Below are positions 29,401 through 37,464 of a DNA stretch of 64,000 bases, one piece after another. The notes under the pieces were generated by a model. The model was not told the DNA's origin, ran no database searches, and saw only the letters and a list, made by a program, of their open reading frames with translations. Each line of letters begins with the position of its first letter. The stretch's first letter is position 1. The DNA lies in NCBI GenBank assembly GCA_002372135.1, contig DFIN01000001.1:478-64477 (forward strand), written 5' to 3'. A program made the translations under genes and the position numbers. The stretch is from Bacteroidales bacterium UBA3696 (lineage in GTDB: Bacteria; Bacteroidota; Bacteroidia; Bacteroidales; Paludibacteraceae).

Positions 29401-30223
29401 AGTAACTTCCATAGAACAACTGAAAGAACTGATATCGGGTATCCGTAATCTGCGTCAGGGTTTCGTAACCAATTTCTATTTGGATGAGGTGAAGCATAGG
29501 GCTTGGATTCAAACCGGCAAATTCTTATATGCTAAGCACGATGATGCCGTATTCCTGTTCTTTGATCATGAAGCCGAGAATATAGAGAACTACTTTACGA
29601 ATTTGTTTTATATGGCAACTTCTGAAGAAGTTATGTTAAAGCACCTAAAAGCGTATCCGGAAATGTATATATATGATTTATACATATTGGATATAGTAGG
29701 ACGTAAAGAGATATGTGAACCGCTGGTAGAAAAACTGAAATCAATAGGTGGTCATGATGACGCGCATGTGTGTAGAATGACACGAATTGGAGAAGTGAAT
29801 GTGGAGTTGGCTGTTCGAGGAACAAATATTCACTATGCAGATGAAGTAGACTTGGAGCAGATAGAGTCGCTATTGCATATACATTTTGATGAACAACTGG
29901 AGCAAATACCACTAAGAGATGAGTTAGCGCAAATGGTAGCGGATAAACATATATTACTATGTCAGCGCGAAGGGAAGAATGCCGGAATATTGCTTTTCGA
30001 GCATAATGCAACGACTCTATATTTGCGGTATTGGTTGGTACTCCCTGAATGTAGAAACAAAGGAGTGGGTAGCGAACTATTGAGACATTTTTTATGGGAA
30101 GGTCGTGAAACCAAAAGGCAGATACTATGGGTGAACCAAGCCAATGAAAATGCGATCGTTCGTTACGAACACTATGGATTTAAACAAGAAAATATGTATG
30201 ACTATATAGTAAAATATTGTTAA
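29393..30223 (+). CDS. GNAT-family acyltransferase (two-lobed)
   Basis: C-terminal lobe with acyl-CoA motif A (VLPECRNKGVGSELL) and ...NENAIVRYEHYGF. Overlaps the upstream stop by 8 nt. Confidence 0.65.
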   Translation: MDKVTSIEQLKELISGIRNLRQGFVTNFYLDEVKHRAWIQTGKFLYAKHDDAVFLFFDHEAENIENYFTNLFYMATSEEVMLKHLKAYPEMYIYDLYILDIVGRKEICEPLVEKLKSIGGHDDAHVCRMTRIGEVNVELAVRGTNIHYADEVDLEQIESLLHIHFDEQLEQIPLRDELAQMVADKHILLCQREGKNAGILLFEHNATTLYLRYWLVLPECRNKGVGSELLRHFLWEGRETKRQILWVNQANENAIVRYEHYGFKQENMYDYIVKYC

Positions 30224-30224
30224 A

Positions 30225-30458
30225 ATGAGAGAAAAAATAATTGAAATTTTGACGGACTTGCGTCCCGAGTTTGACTTCTCGCAAGAAGGCATTAACTTCA
30301 TTGATGAAGGCATGTTAGATAGTTTTGATTTAGTTGCTTTAGTCAGTGATATAGAGACTCAATTCGGCATAAAAATAGATGGAGTAGATGTAGTCCCCGA
30401 AAATTTTTGTTCGATAGATGCCATAGTAAGTTTATTAAGCAAAAATGGAGTAAAATAA
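30225..30458 (+). CDS. carrier protein (DltC/ACP-like)
   Basis: 77 aa. Phosphopantetheine-attachment context EGMLDSFDLVALV. Confidence 0.8.
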   Translation: MREKIIEILTDLRPEFDFSQEGINFIDEGMLDSFDLVALVSDIETQFGIKIDGVDVVPENFCSIDAIVSLLSKNGVK

Positions 30459-31522
30459 TGGATTTCGTATTTCATAATAAGCGTATAGCCGGTATTTTAA
30501 CAGTACTTCCACACCAATCCGTGCCTTTTGAAGACGAGATGGGAAACTATAATTTTTCACCCGTAAAGTGCCAGAAACTGAAATTGGCGATGGGATATCG
30601 CGAACATCGTGTTGCGCAAAAAGGTCAGACATCGTATGACTTCTGTGTATATGGTATGCAGTATTTATTTGATGAAGGATTGCTGAAACCCGAAGAAATA
30701 GATGCTTTGCTATTCGTCAGTCAGAGTCCGGATTATTTTATCCCACCGACAAGTAATTTGATACAAGGATATTTTGGACTCAAAAGCGATATGCTGTGTT
30801 TGGATATCAACCAAGGTTGTGCCGGATTTGAGGTGGGATTGATTCAGGCATTTATGTTGTTGGATCAACCGGCTATCAATAAAGTGGTGTTACTCAATGC
30901 CGATGTGTTAAGTTCGAAAGTGTCTGACTACGACAGAAACAGCAAACCGCTAATCGGAGATGCTGCATCGGTAACTATCGTAGAGAAAGCCAATGAGGAT
31001 AATGCAATCTATGCCAATATAAAAATGGATGGAACCGGAGCGTTGGCCTTGAATATTCCCGCAGGGGGATTTCGTATGCCATCCACACCCCAAACGGCTG
31101 AAATGGAGGAGGACCTATCCGGTAATAAGCGTTCCAAAGATAATTTGGTTATGCGAGGCGATGATGTGTTTAACTTTGTTCAACGTGAAGTACCGCCGAT
31201 GATTGAGCATTTAATGGAGCAAGCCCATATAAGTGGTGATGATATTGATTGGTATATGTTTCACCAGCCTAACAAATTTATGCTCCATAAATTGGCAGAA
31301 AAATTGAATGTTTCCTACGATAAGATGCCTGCTAATATAGTGGAGAATTTTGGGAATGCCAGTGGTGTGACCGTGCCGACGAACATCTCATTTAATCTTG
31401 GTGAGGCGGTAGTGAATGGTTCGGTACGCGTGTGTATGGCAGGGTTTGGAGTCGGATTAACATGGGCAAGTATCTATATGAAACTGGAGAAAATGATGTT
31501 TAACAAAATAATTGAATTTTGA
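30458..31522 (+). CDS. KAS III (FabH-like) 3-oxoacyl-ACP synthase family protein
   Basis: Cys-His-Asn triad contexts NQGCAGF, MFHQPN, FGNASGV. Start ATG 30458 overlaps the upstream TAA (TAATG). Confidence 0.85.
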   Translation: MDFVFHNKRIAGILTVLPHQSVPFEDEMGNYNFSPVKCQKLKLAMGYREHRVAQKGQTSYDFCVYGMQYLFDEGLLKPEEIDALLFVSQSPDYFIPPTSNLIQGYFGLKSDMLCLDINQGCAGFEVGLIQAFMLLDQPAINKVVLLNADVLSSKVSDYDRNSKPLIGDAASVTIVEKANEDNAIYANIKMDGTGALALNIPAGGFRMPSTPQTAEMEEDLSGNKRSKDNLVMRGDDVFNFVQREVPPMIEHLMEQAHISGDDIDWYMFHQPNKFMLHKLAEKLNVSYDKMPANIVENFGNASGVTVPTNISFNLGEAVVNGSVRVCMAGFGVGLTWASIYMKLEKMMFNKIIEF

Positions 31523-31523
31523 T

Positions 31524-31733
31524 ATGGAAGAGTTATTGAATAAGATGGCCGACTTATTAGAAGTAGAGTCAATTGATCCGCAGAAGAAATTTAAGGATTA
31601 TGAAGAGTGGGATTCCTTTACGCGGCTATCCGTATTAGCGATGTTGGATGCTGACTATCATGTGCAGATGACCTACGAGCAATTAGAGGCTTTCCCTTCG
31701 ATAGAAGATTTCTGCAAAAAAGTCTTAGGATAA
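31524..31733 (+). CDS. second acyl carrier protein
   Basis: 69 aa from ATG 31524. Serine context YEEWDSFTRLSVLAML. Confidence 0.7.
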   Translation: MEELLNKMADLLEVESIDPQKKFKDYEEWDSFTRLSVLAMLDADYHVQMTYEQLEAFPSIEDFCKKVLG

Positions 31734-32461
31734 TGGCTACATGCTATACGCTAATCACCGGTGCAAGTTCCGGCATAGGAGCAGCATGCGCTAAGTTGCT
31801 ATCAACCCAATCACGTTTAATATTGTGCGGGTCAAATCGTGAACGCCTTGAACAATCGCTTGCGCAATGCGCCCAACAAGAAAAGCATCTATTATGGGTA
31901 TGCGATTTTGACGCACAATTTGATGAAGTGTTCGATGGGTTAAGTGCGTTTCTGAAGGATAACGATGCGGTAGTGGATAATTATGTTCATTGTGCGGGAT
32001 TAACACGCATATTGCCGCTAAAAGATTTTACTCCTACGTATACGAAAACAGTGTTTCAGGTGAACTTTTTCTCCATCGTAGAGATATTGCGCGTGCTGTT
32101 GAAACGTATGAATCAGAAGGCATTGCGTAATGTGGTCTTGATTTCCGCTTTGGTAAGTCAGCGTGGAGATAGAGGAAATGCTATCTATGCGGCATCCAAA
32201 GGCGCCGTCAATGGAATGGTTTATTCGTTGGCGCAGGAATTGGCTCCGATACGGATAAACGCAGTAATGCCGGGTTTAGTCAATACGCCTATGGCACAAC
32301 GAACACCTGAAGAGTTTCGTGAAAAGATATGGGCAAAAATTCCATTAGGTAAAGGCGAACCGGAAGATATAGCCAACTATGTGGCGTTTCTGCTGAGTGA
32401 TAAAGCACGATGGATAACCGGTCAAACAATATTTGTAGATGGAGGACAGAGCACATTATGA
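31733..32461 (+). CDS. SDR-family oxidoreductase (FabG-like ketoreductase)
   Basis: TGASSGIGAA cofactor motif, YAASKGAV catalytic YxxxK. TAATG overlap upstream. Confidence 0.85.
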   Translation: MATCYTLITGASSGIGAACAKLLSTQSRLILCGSNRERLEQSLAQCAQQEKHLLWVCDFDAQFDEVFDGLSAFLKDNDAVVDNYVHCAGLTRILPLKDFTPTYTKTVFQVNFFSIVEILRVLLKRMNQKALRNVVLISALVSQRGDRGNAIYAASKGAVNGMVYSLAQELAPIRINAVMPGLVNTPMAQRTPEEFREKIWAKIPLGKGEPEDIANYVAFLLSDKARWITGQTIFVDGGQSTL

Positions 32462-32988
32462 GTAATTGTAAGGAGTGGGTAATCCCTAATGAACCGATTA
32501 CGATTGGTTATGGTCATCAGAAACGCAGTTTTCGAGAGAAAGTGCGTAAAGTAAGAAATACATTATTGGCTCGATGGGCATATGCATGTCCGATAAACAA
32601 ACTGCGAGTGCAATTCCATCGTTGGCGGGGTATGCATATCGGAGATAATGTGTATATCGGAATGTATTGTATTTTTGACAACTTGTCCCCTGAGTATATC
32701 TATATTATGGACAATGTTTCAGTCAATGCCAATACAATGATCATCACTCATTTCAATCCGGTTGACCGATTCAATAAGATGTTTGAGGCACAGATTCGAC
32801 CTGTCGTGATAAAAGAAAAGGCTATGGTAGCCGTTCGCTGCACGATCTTGCCCGGTGTAACAATAGGTGAATATTCAATCGTGAGTGCCGGAATGGTAAT
32901 TGACAAAGATGTTCCCGATTATACGATGGTGCGAGAGAAGCAAAAACGACAGGAAGTAGATATGCATTTTATGTTTAGAAGTTTATAA
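32458..32988 (+). CDS. left-handed beta-helix (hexapeptide) acyltransferase
   Basis: Hexapeptide repeats (IGDNVYIGMYCIF, VRCTILPGVTIGEYSIVSAGMVI). ATGA overlap with the SDR stop. Confidence 0.8.
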   Translation: MSNCKEWVIPNEPITIGYGHQKRSFREKVRKVRNTLLARWAYACPINKLRVQFHRWRGMHIGDNVYIGMYCIFDNLSPEYIYIMDNVSVNANTMIITHFNPVDRFNKMFEAQIRPVVIKEKAMVAVRCTILPGVTIGEYSIVSAGMVIDKDVPDYTMVREKQKRQEVDMHFMFRSL

Positions 32989-32990
32989 AG

Positions 32991-34154
32991 ATGAATATAT
33001 TGATTCAACTTTCTCATCCTGCACATTTTCACTTGTATAAGAATGTCGCAAAAAACTTGATAGCAAATGGACACCATGTGCTATTTGTAATTAAGACGAA
33101 GGATATATTGGAGCAACTATTGAAAAATGCAGGGTTGCCCTATGAAAATATCAATCAATATGCCCACAGAGGTTCCAAATTAGGTGTCTTGTGGGATATG
33201 TTGGTGAGAGAATGGCGGATTGTGCGCCTGTGCAGAAAACATCACATTGATTTATTGACCGGTTCCACCCCGGATGTTGCGCATGTCGGGTGGCTACTTA
33301 GAAAAATGAGAGTTAATATCGGTGAAGATGATTTGAATGTTGTTCCTGCATTTGATATTATCGCTTCTTATTTTGTACAGACATTAGTTGCACCATCCAC
33401 CTGTGGCTTGGGACATATTGAGTATAAGGCTGTTCATTACCCCGGCTATCACGAGTTGGCGTATTTGCATCCGAACCATTTTACGCCTTCGCGCGAGGTG
33501 GTAGAAGGGTATGGAATGCCTTATCCATTGGCTCCATATTTTATTTTACGTTTTGCGTCTTTGAACGCCCACCACGATACTGGCATTAAAGGTATCAATG
33601 CAGAAGTGGCACAACGGCTGATTGATATTCTTTCCCCATACGGACGGATATATATCACCTCAGAGCGACCTTTAGAACCACAATTTGAGCAGTATAGAAT
33701 CCATATCAACCCATTGGATATGCACCATGTGATGGCTTTCGCATCGCTTTATATTGGGGATAGTCAGACTATGGCTGCTGAAGCAGGTGTGCTTGGTGTA
33801 CCTTTTGTTCGGTTCAACGACTTCGTAGGGCGCATAGGTTATCTCCGTGAGTTGGAAGGTGTGTATGAATTGGGTTACGGCATCCACGCAACGCCCCTTG
33901 CTGCGGATAGTCCTATTCGTCGTACCGATGGCTCTGTGCAGCCGAGTGGAGTAGAGGCTTTGTATCAGACCATGGAACGGCTTGTTGCTATGTCGGCGGA
34001 AGAACGAAGAAGTACTTTCCAAGCAAGGCGTGAGAAAATGCTTTCAGAAAAGATTGATTGTGCCAAGTTCCTGACGTGGTTTATCGAAAATTATCCCGCT
34101 TCGGTAGAGCAGACAAGAATGGCGAATACAGCCTTTTGGGAGTCGTTCAAATAA
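32991..34154 (+). CDS. DUF354 domain protein (GT-B / epimerase-like fold)
   Basis: NILIQLSHPAHFHLYKNVAKNLIANGHHVLFV, YPGYHELAYLHPNHF and IGDSQTMAAEAGVLGVPFVRF match my recollection of the DUF354 pattern. Confidence 0.65.
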   Translation: MNILIQLSHPAHFHLYKNVAKNLIANGHHVLFVIKTKDILEQLLKNAGLPYENINQYAHRGSKLGVLWDMLVREWRIVRLCRKHHIDLLTGSTPDVAHVGWLLRKMRVNIGEDDLNVVPAFDIIASYFVQTLVAPSTCGLGHIEYKAVHYPGYHELAYLHPNHFTPSREVVEGYGMPYPLAPYFILRFASLNAHHDTGIKGINAEVAQRLIDILSPYGRIYITSERPLEPQFEQYRIHINPLDMHHVMAFASLYIGDSQTMAAEAGVLGVPFVRFNDFVGRIGYLRELEGVYELGYGIHATPLAADSPIRRTDGSVQPSGVEALYQTMERLVAMSAEERRSTFQARREKMLSEKIDCAKFLTWFIENYPASVEQTRMANTAFWESFK

Positions 34155-34199
34155 GATACTTCTCGATCATTCCTACGTAAGATACTCTATCATTCCTAC
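34152..34199. repeat. imperfect tandem duplication (25 + 22 bp) at a convergent gene junction
   Basis: TAAGATACTTCTCGATCATTCCTAC (34152-34176) and TAAGATACTCTATCATTCCTAC (34178-34199). The second encodes the last residues (GMIEYL) of the minus-strand chromate transporter. The first contains the DUF354 stop. Confidence 0.8.
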
Positions 34200-34769
34200 A
34201 GCAGCGGCGAGGAGAATAAGATAGATAGGGTGGCTGATTGTATCCAACCACTTGCGGCGGGACGTACCTTGTTTGGCCGGGATAAATACAGGCAACAGCA
34301 TACATACAAACACGACGGCAAAAATGACCCAACTCTGCCCGTCAGGGAAAGTGGCAGGGGACATGAGCGTGTAGGCTGCATGCGCGATAAGCACCACGAC
34401 CATCAGCCGAATGGCGCGCATCGTCCATACAAACACGGGGTTATTCTGCCAGCGGTCGCGTATATGGTCATAAATGTAGCATATAATGCTCATTATGAGT
34501 AGAGAAGGCAGAACGATCGCAGCGGAAGCCAGTAGGCTACCCCCCACACCCCCTACCGTATAACCCACATACGTGGCACAGTTCATTCCAATCGGTCCCG
34601 GGGTAACTTGACTGATTGCCACGATGTCCACAAACTCTTGTTCGGTAACCCAACCATATCGCAGCACGTCTTGCTGTATGAGGGATATGACTGCCATTCC
34701 TCCACCAAAACCGATGAAGCCCACTTTGAGAAACGAGAGGAAGAGTTGCAGATACACCATGTTTACCAA
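34173..34769 (-). CDS. chrA: chromate transporter family protein (half-size, C-terminal partner)
   Basis: FLKVGFIGFGGGMAVISLIQ CHR motif, multi-TM. Confidence 0.85.
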   Translation of the reverse strand: MVNMVYLQLFLSFLKVGFIGFGGGMAVISLIQQDVLRYGWVTEQEFVDIVAISQVTPGPIGMNCATYVGYTVGGVGGSLLASAAIVLPSLLIMSIICYIYDHIRDRWQNNPVFVWTMRAIRLMVVVLIAHAAYTLMSPATFPDGQSWVIFAVVFVCMLLPVFIPAKQGTSRRKWLDTISHPIYLILLAAAVGMIEYLT

Positions 34770-35176
34770 ATGTTTTTAGCCAGTCGTACTACCGTGGCGG
34801 CAATCAAAGCCACAACGGCAGGTCTAACGCACCGAAATACGGCTTCCACGGCGGGAAGCGATTTGTATTGGGAGAAACACATCGCTATGATTAGGATGAT
34901 GCCCACCGAAGGCAATACTGCCCCCACTAATGCCGCTAATACCCCGCGCCAACCGGCTATGCGATGACCGATAAAGATGGCACTATTGACTGCAATCAGC
35001 CCCGGGGCGGCTTGCGCTAATGCCATCATGTTGAGGAACTCTTTCTCGTCCAACCAGTGGCGGCGATCCACTACTTCGCGTTGCACCAACGCCAACATAG
35101 CATACCCTCCACCGATGGTGAAGGTGCCAATCTTAAGGTAGGTAAGGAAAAGTGTGAGCAGTCGGTTATTTTTCAC
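34763..35176 (-). CDS. chrA: chromate transporter family protein (half-size, N-terminal partner)
   Basis: YLKIGTFTIGGGYAMLALVQ CHR motif. Overlaps its partner by 7 nt. Confidence 0.85.
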   Translation of the reverse strand: MKNNRLLTLFLTYLKIGTFTIGGGYAMLALVQREVVDRRHWLDEKEFLNMMALAQAAPGLIAVNSAIFIGHRIAGWRGVLAALVGAVLPSVGIILIIAMCFSQYKSLPAVEAVFRCVRPAVVALIAATVVRLAKNIW

Positions 35177-35780
35177 GCAGTTGTTGTTTGATGAACTTCG
35201 CCATCATGTTGATGGCTGCGTTGTTGTGTCCGCCTTGTGGAATGATGACGTTGGCAAATCGTTTGCAGGGCTCGATGAACTGTTCGTGCATCGGTTTGAG
35301 GACGTGTTGATAGCGTTCGATGACGGCTTCTACGGTGCGCCCGCGCTCTACAATATCGCGTTTGATAACGCGTATGAGGCGGTCGTCGGCATCGGCATCT
35401 ACAAAGACTTTCAGGTCCATTTCTTCGCGCAGCCGAGGGTGGTGTAGAGTCATAATGCCTTCTACTATAATGATCTCGCTGGGCTCCACGTGTATGGTTT
35501 CTTTCAGGCGCGATGAGGTGATGTAGTCGTATTGGGGTTGCTCAACGGCGTGCCCCTCTTTGAGCAGTTGAAGGTGTTGGATGAGCAGTTTCCACTCAAA
35601 GGCATCGGGGTGGTCGAAGTTGATTTTTTGCCTTTCCTCCATGGGAATATGGCTGGAGTCGTTGTAGTAGGAATCCAAGGGGATAACGGTTACTTCGCCT
35701 TTGGGTAGGCGTTCAATCAGTTTTCTTACCACCGTTGTTTTGCCCGAGCCGGTGCCGCCCGCAATACCAATGATGAACAT
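35166..35780 (-). CDS. udk: uridine kinase
   Basis: MFIIGIAGGTGSGKTT P-loop start (internal ATG of track ORF 35166-35909). 204 aa. Confidence 0.9.
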   Translation of the reverse strand: MFIIGIAGGTGSGKTTVVRKLIERLPKGEVTVIPLDSYYNDSSHIPMEERQKINFDHPDAFEWKLLIQHLQLLKEGHAVEQPQYDYITSSRLKETIHVEPSEIIIVEGIMTLHHPRLREEMDLKVFVDADADDRLIRVIKRDIVERGRTVEAVIERYQHVLKPMHEQFIEPCKRFANVIIPQGGHNNAAINMMAKFIKQQLREK

Positions 35781-35869
35781 AATGGAGGGATTTGTTTGAG
35801 CGCACAAAGGTAGAACTTTTTGCATATTGTACAAAAACCTATTATTTTTGCCGCCGAATACGTGATTAG

Positions 35870-36244
35870 ATGCAAATCGGACAGGGACTATATAAGAGCA
35901 AAGGTTCAAAGTTTATTTCTTTTGCAGAGACTGTTTCTTCGGAAACGATAGCGAAGGAGCGCATAGCGTGGTATAAGAAGAAGTACCACGATGCACGCCA
36001 TGTTTGCTATGCCTATCGGCTTAGTGCTGACCTTTGGCGCACGAAGGATGACGGCGAGCCGCACGGTACGGCCGGTCTGCCTATTTTGCGTACGATGGAT
36101 GCGTATCTGACTACACACCCCATGCCGGAAGGTTCGGGGCTATTGATTGTAGTGGTGCGCTATTTTGGGGGTACCCTGCTCGGTACGGGCGGACTGATGG
36201 TCGCTTATCACGAAGCCGCCAAAGACGCTCTAAACAACGGCTAA
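35870..36244 (+). CDS. IMPACT/YigZ family N-terminal-domain protein (short form)
   Basis: KGSKFISFA...ARHVCYAYRL...DDGEPHGTAGLPIL...VVVVRYFGGTLLGTGGL. In-frame TAG immediately upstream. TATTTTTG box at 35843-35850. Confidence 0.75.
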   Translation: MQIGQGLYKSKGSKFISFAETVSSETIAKERIAWYKKKYHDARHVCYAYRLSADLWRTKDDGEPHGTAGLPILRTMDAYLTTHPMPEGSGLLIVVVRYFGGTLLGTGGLMVAYHEAAKDALNNG

Positions 36245-36296
36245 ACTATCGTTAAACTATTGTGAAACTATCGTTAAACAACTGTTAAACTATCGT
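36242..36296. repeat. five tandem 11-bp repeats (TAAACTATCGT consensus)
   Basis: TAAACTATCGT TAAACTATTGT GAAACTATCGT TAAACAACTGT TAAACTATCGT. They span from the yigZ-like stop codon to the GTG start of the acyltransferase. Confidence 0.9.
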
Positions 36297-37311
36297 GAGA
36301 CAATCCTATACCGACATACAAGCCTATCCGGTCAGCGGGTTGCTATGGTTGACCGACCATTTGTTTATGTTTCCTTTTTTGCGCCGGTTAGCCCGCAAAA
36401 AGACGAGTTCGCTGGAGTTCTGTCTGGGCGGTGGCGAATCGCCGTGGCAAAGCGATGCGGACAAGCAGCAAATTGAGCAGGATATACGCAACGGAGCCAC
36501 TTTTTTGACCAACCACCGCGATATAATCATGGATGCTGCGTGGCTTAGTTACCTGCTGCGGACGCGTTATGGTATTCGTCCTTATATGGGGATAGGAAAC
36601 AATCTGTTAGGACTTCATTGGGTAGAGTTTTTGGTGCGTTTTAACCGTTGCTTCGTCGTGGTTCGTGACGGTGGTCCGAAGGAAGTGCTGGCGAATGCAA
36701 AGCATCTGTCAGATTATATTGGTTATCTGCGCGATAAACAGAAAAGTATATGGTTGGCACAGCGTGAGGGGCGAGCCAAGGACGGTAATGACCGCACCCA
36801 ATTGTCGGTGCTCAAGATGCTGACCCTTGGTAGCAACGATTTCTTGGCAGCTGTTCGCAGGCTCAATATATGTCCTGTGAGTATCAGTTATGAGTATGAC
36901 CCGTGCGATTACCTCAAGGCGCGTGAGATGCAGTGCCGCCGCGATAATCCGGCGTGGCATAAAGCCAAGGGGGAAGACGAAAGGTCGATGAAAACAGGGA
37001 TTACGGGTTGGAAAGGACGGGTGGTACATCGGTTGACACCGAGTTTGAACCACTGGTTAGACCGCCATCCTGAATTGGTGCAGATGTCGCGCAACGAGCA
37101 GATCGCCGCTGTGGCTAAGCGGATAGATTATCAGATTCATAGTGCCTACGAAATATACAATAGGGGACATGAGTTTGAGCAGTACCTGCAAAGTCGTCTT
37201 GACTTGATTGATTTACCGAACAAGGACGATGAATTTTTGCGAGATTGTCTGCGGATGATGTACCTGAACCCCGTTCGGAATCACGAAATAGCTCTTCAAA
37301 CCGCGCCGTAA
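36295..37311 (+). CDS. glycerolipid/lysophospholipid acyltransferase family protein
   Basis: HX4D motif NHRDIIMD. WLAQREGRAKDG second acyltransferase block. GTG start from the track is uncertain. Confidence 0.75.
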   Translation: MRQSYTDIQAYPVSGLLWLTDHLFMFPFLRRLARKKTSSLEFCLGGGESPWQSDADKQQIEQDIRNGATFLTNHRDIIMDAAWLSYLLRTRYGIRPYMGIGNNLLGLHWVEFLVRFNRCFVVVRDGGPKEVLANAKHLSDYIGYLRDKQKSIWLAQREGRAKDGNDRTQLSVLKMLTLGSNDFLAAVRRLNICPVSISYEYDPCDYLKAREMQCRRDNPAWHKAKGEDERSMKTGITGWKGRVVHRLTPSLNHWLDRHPELVQMSRNEQIAAVAKRIDYQIHSAYEIYNRGHEFEQYLQSRLDLIDLPNKDDEFLRDCLRMMYLNPVRNHEIALQTAP

Positions 37312-37464
37312 TAAGGCGTATTTTTACCCCATATCTCCGTTTTTTACCCCTTATTTGCCCGCCATGTCCCATAGGGGTGAAATCAGTCGGAAAGGTTTGA
37401 CCGTAGAAAGCGGGTGTTGTATTTTTGCATTCGATTGTTGATAAAAACTAAATGCAAGAGTACG

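Noticed and set aside
25953-34172. Integrative or conjugative element, or transposon.
   Set aside because: No integrase, transposase, relaxase or terminal inverted/direct repeats flank the AT-rich block. It is reported only as a compositional island.
36242-36296. CRISPR-like array.
   Set aside because: The units are 11 bp and directly abutting, with no spacers, and there are no cas genes. It was treated as a tandem repeat.
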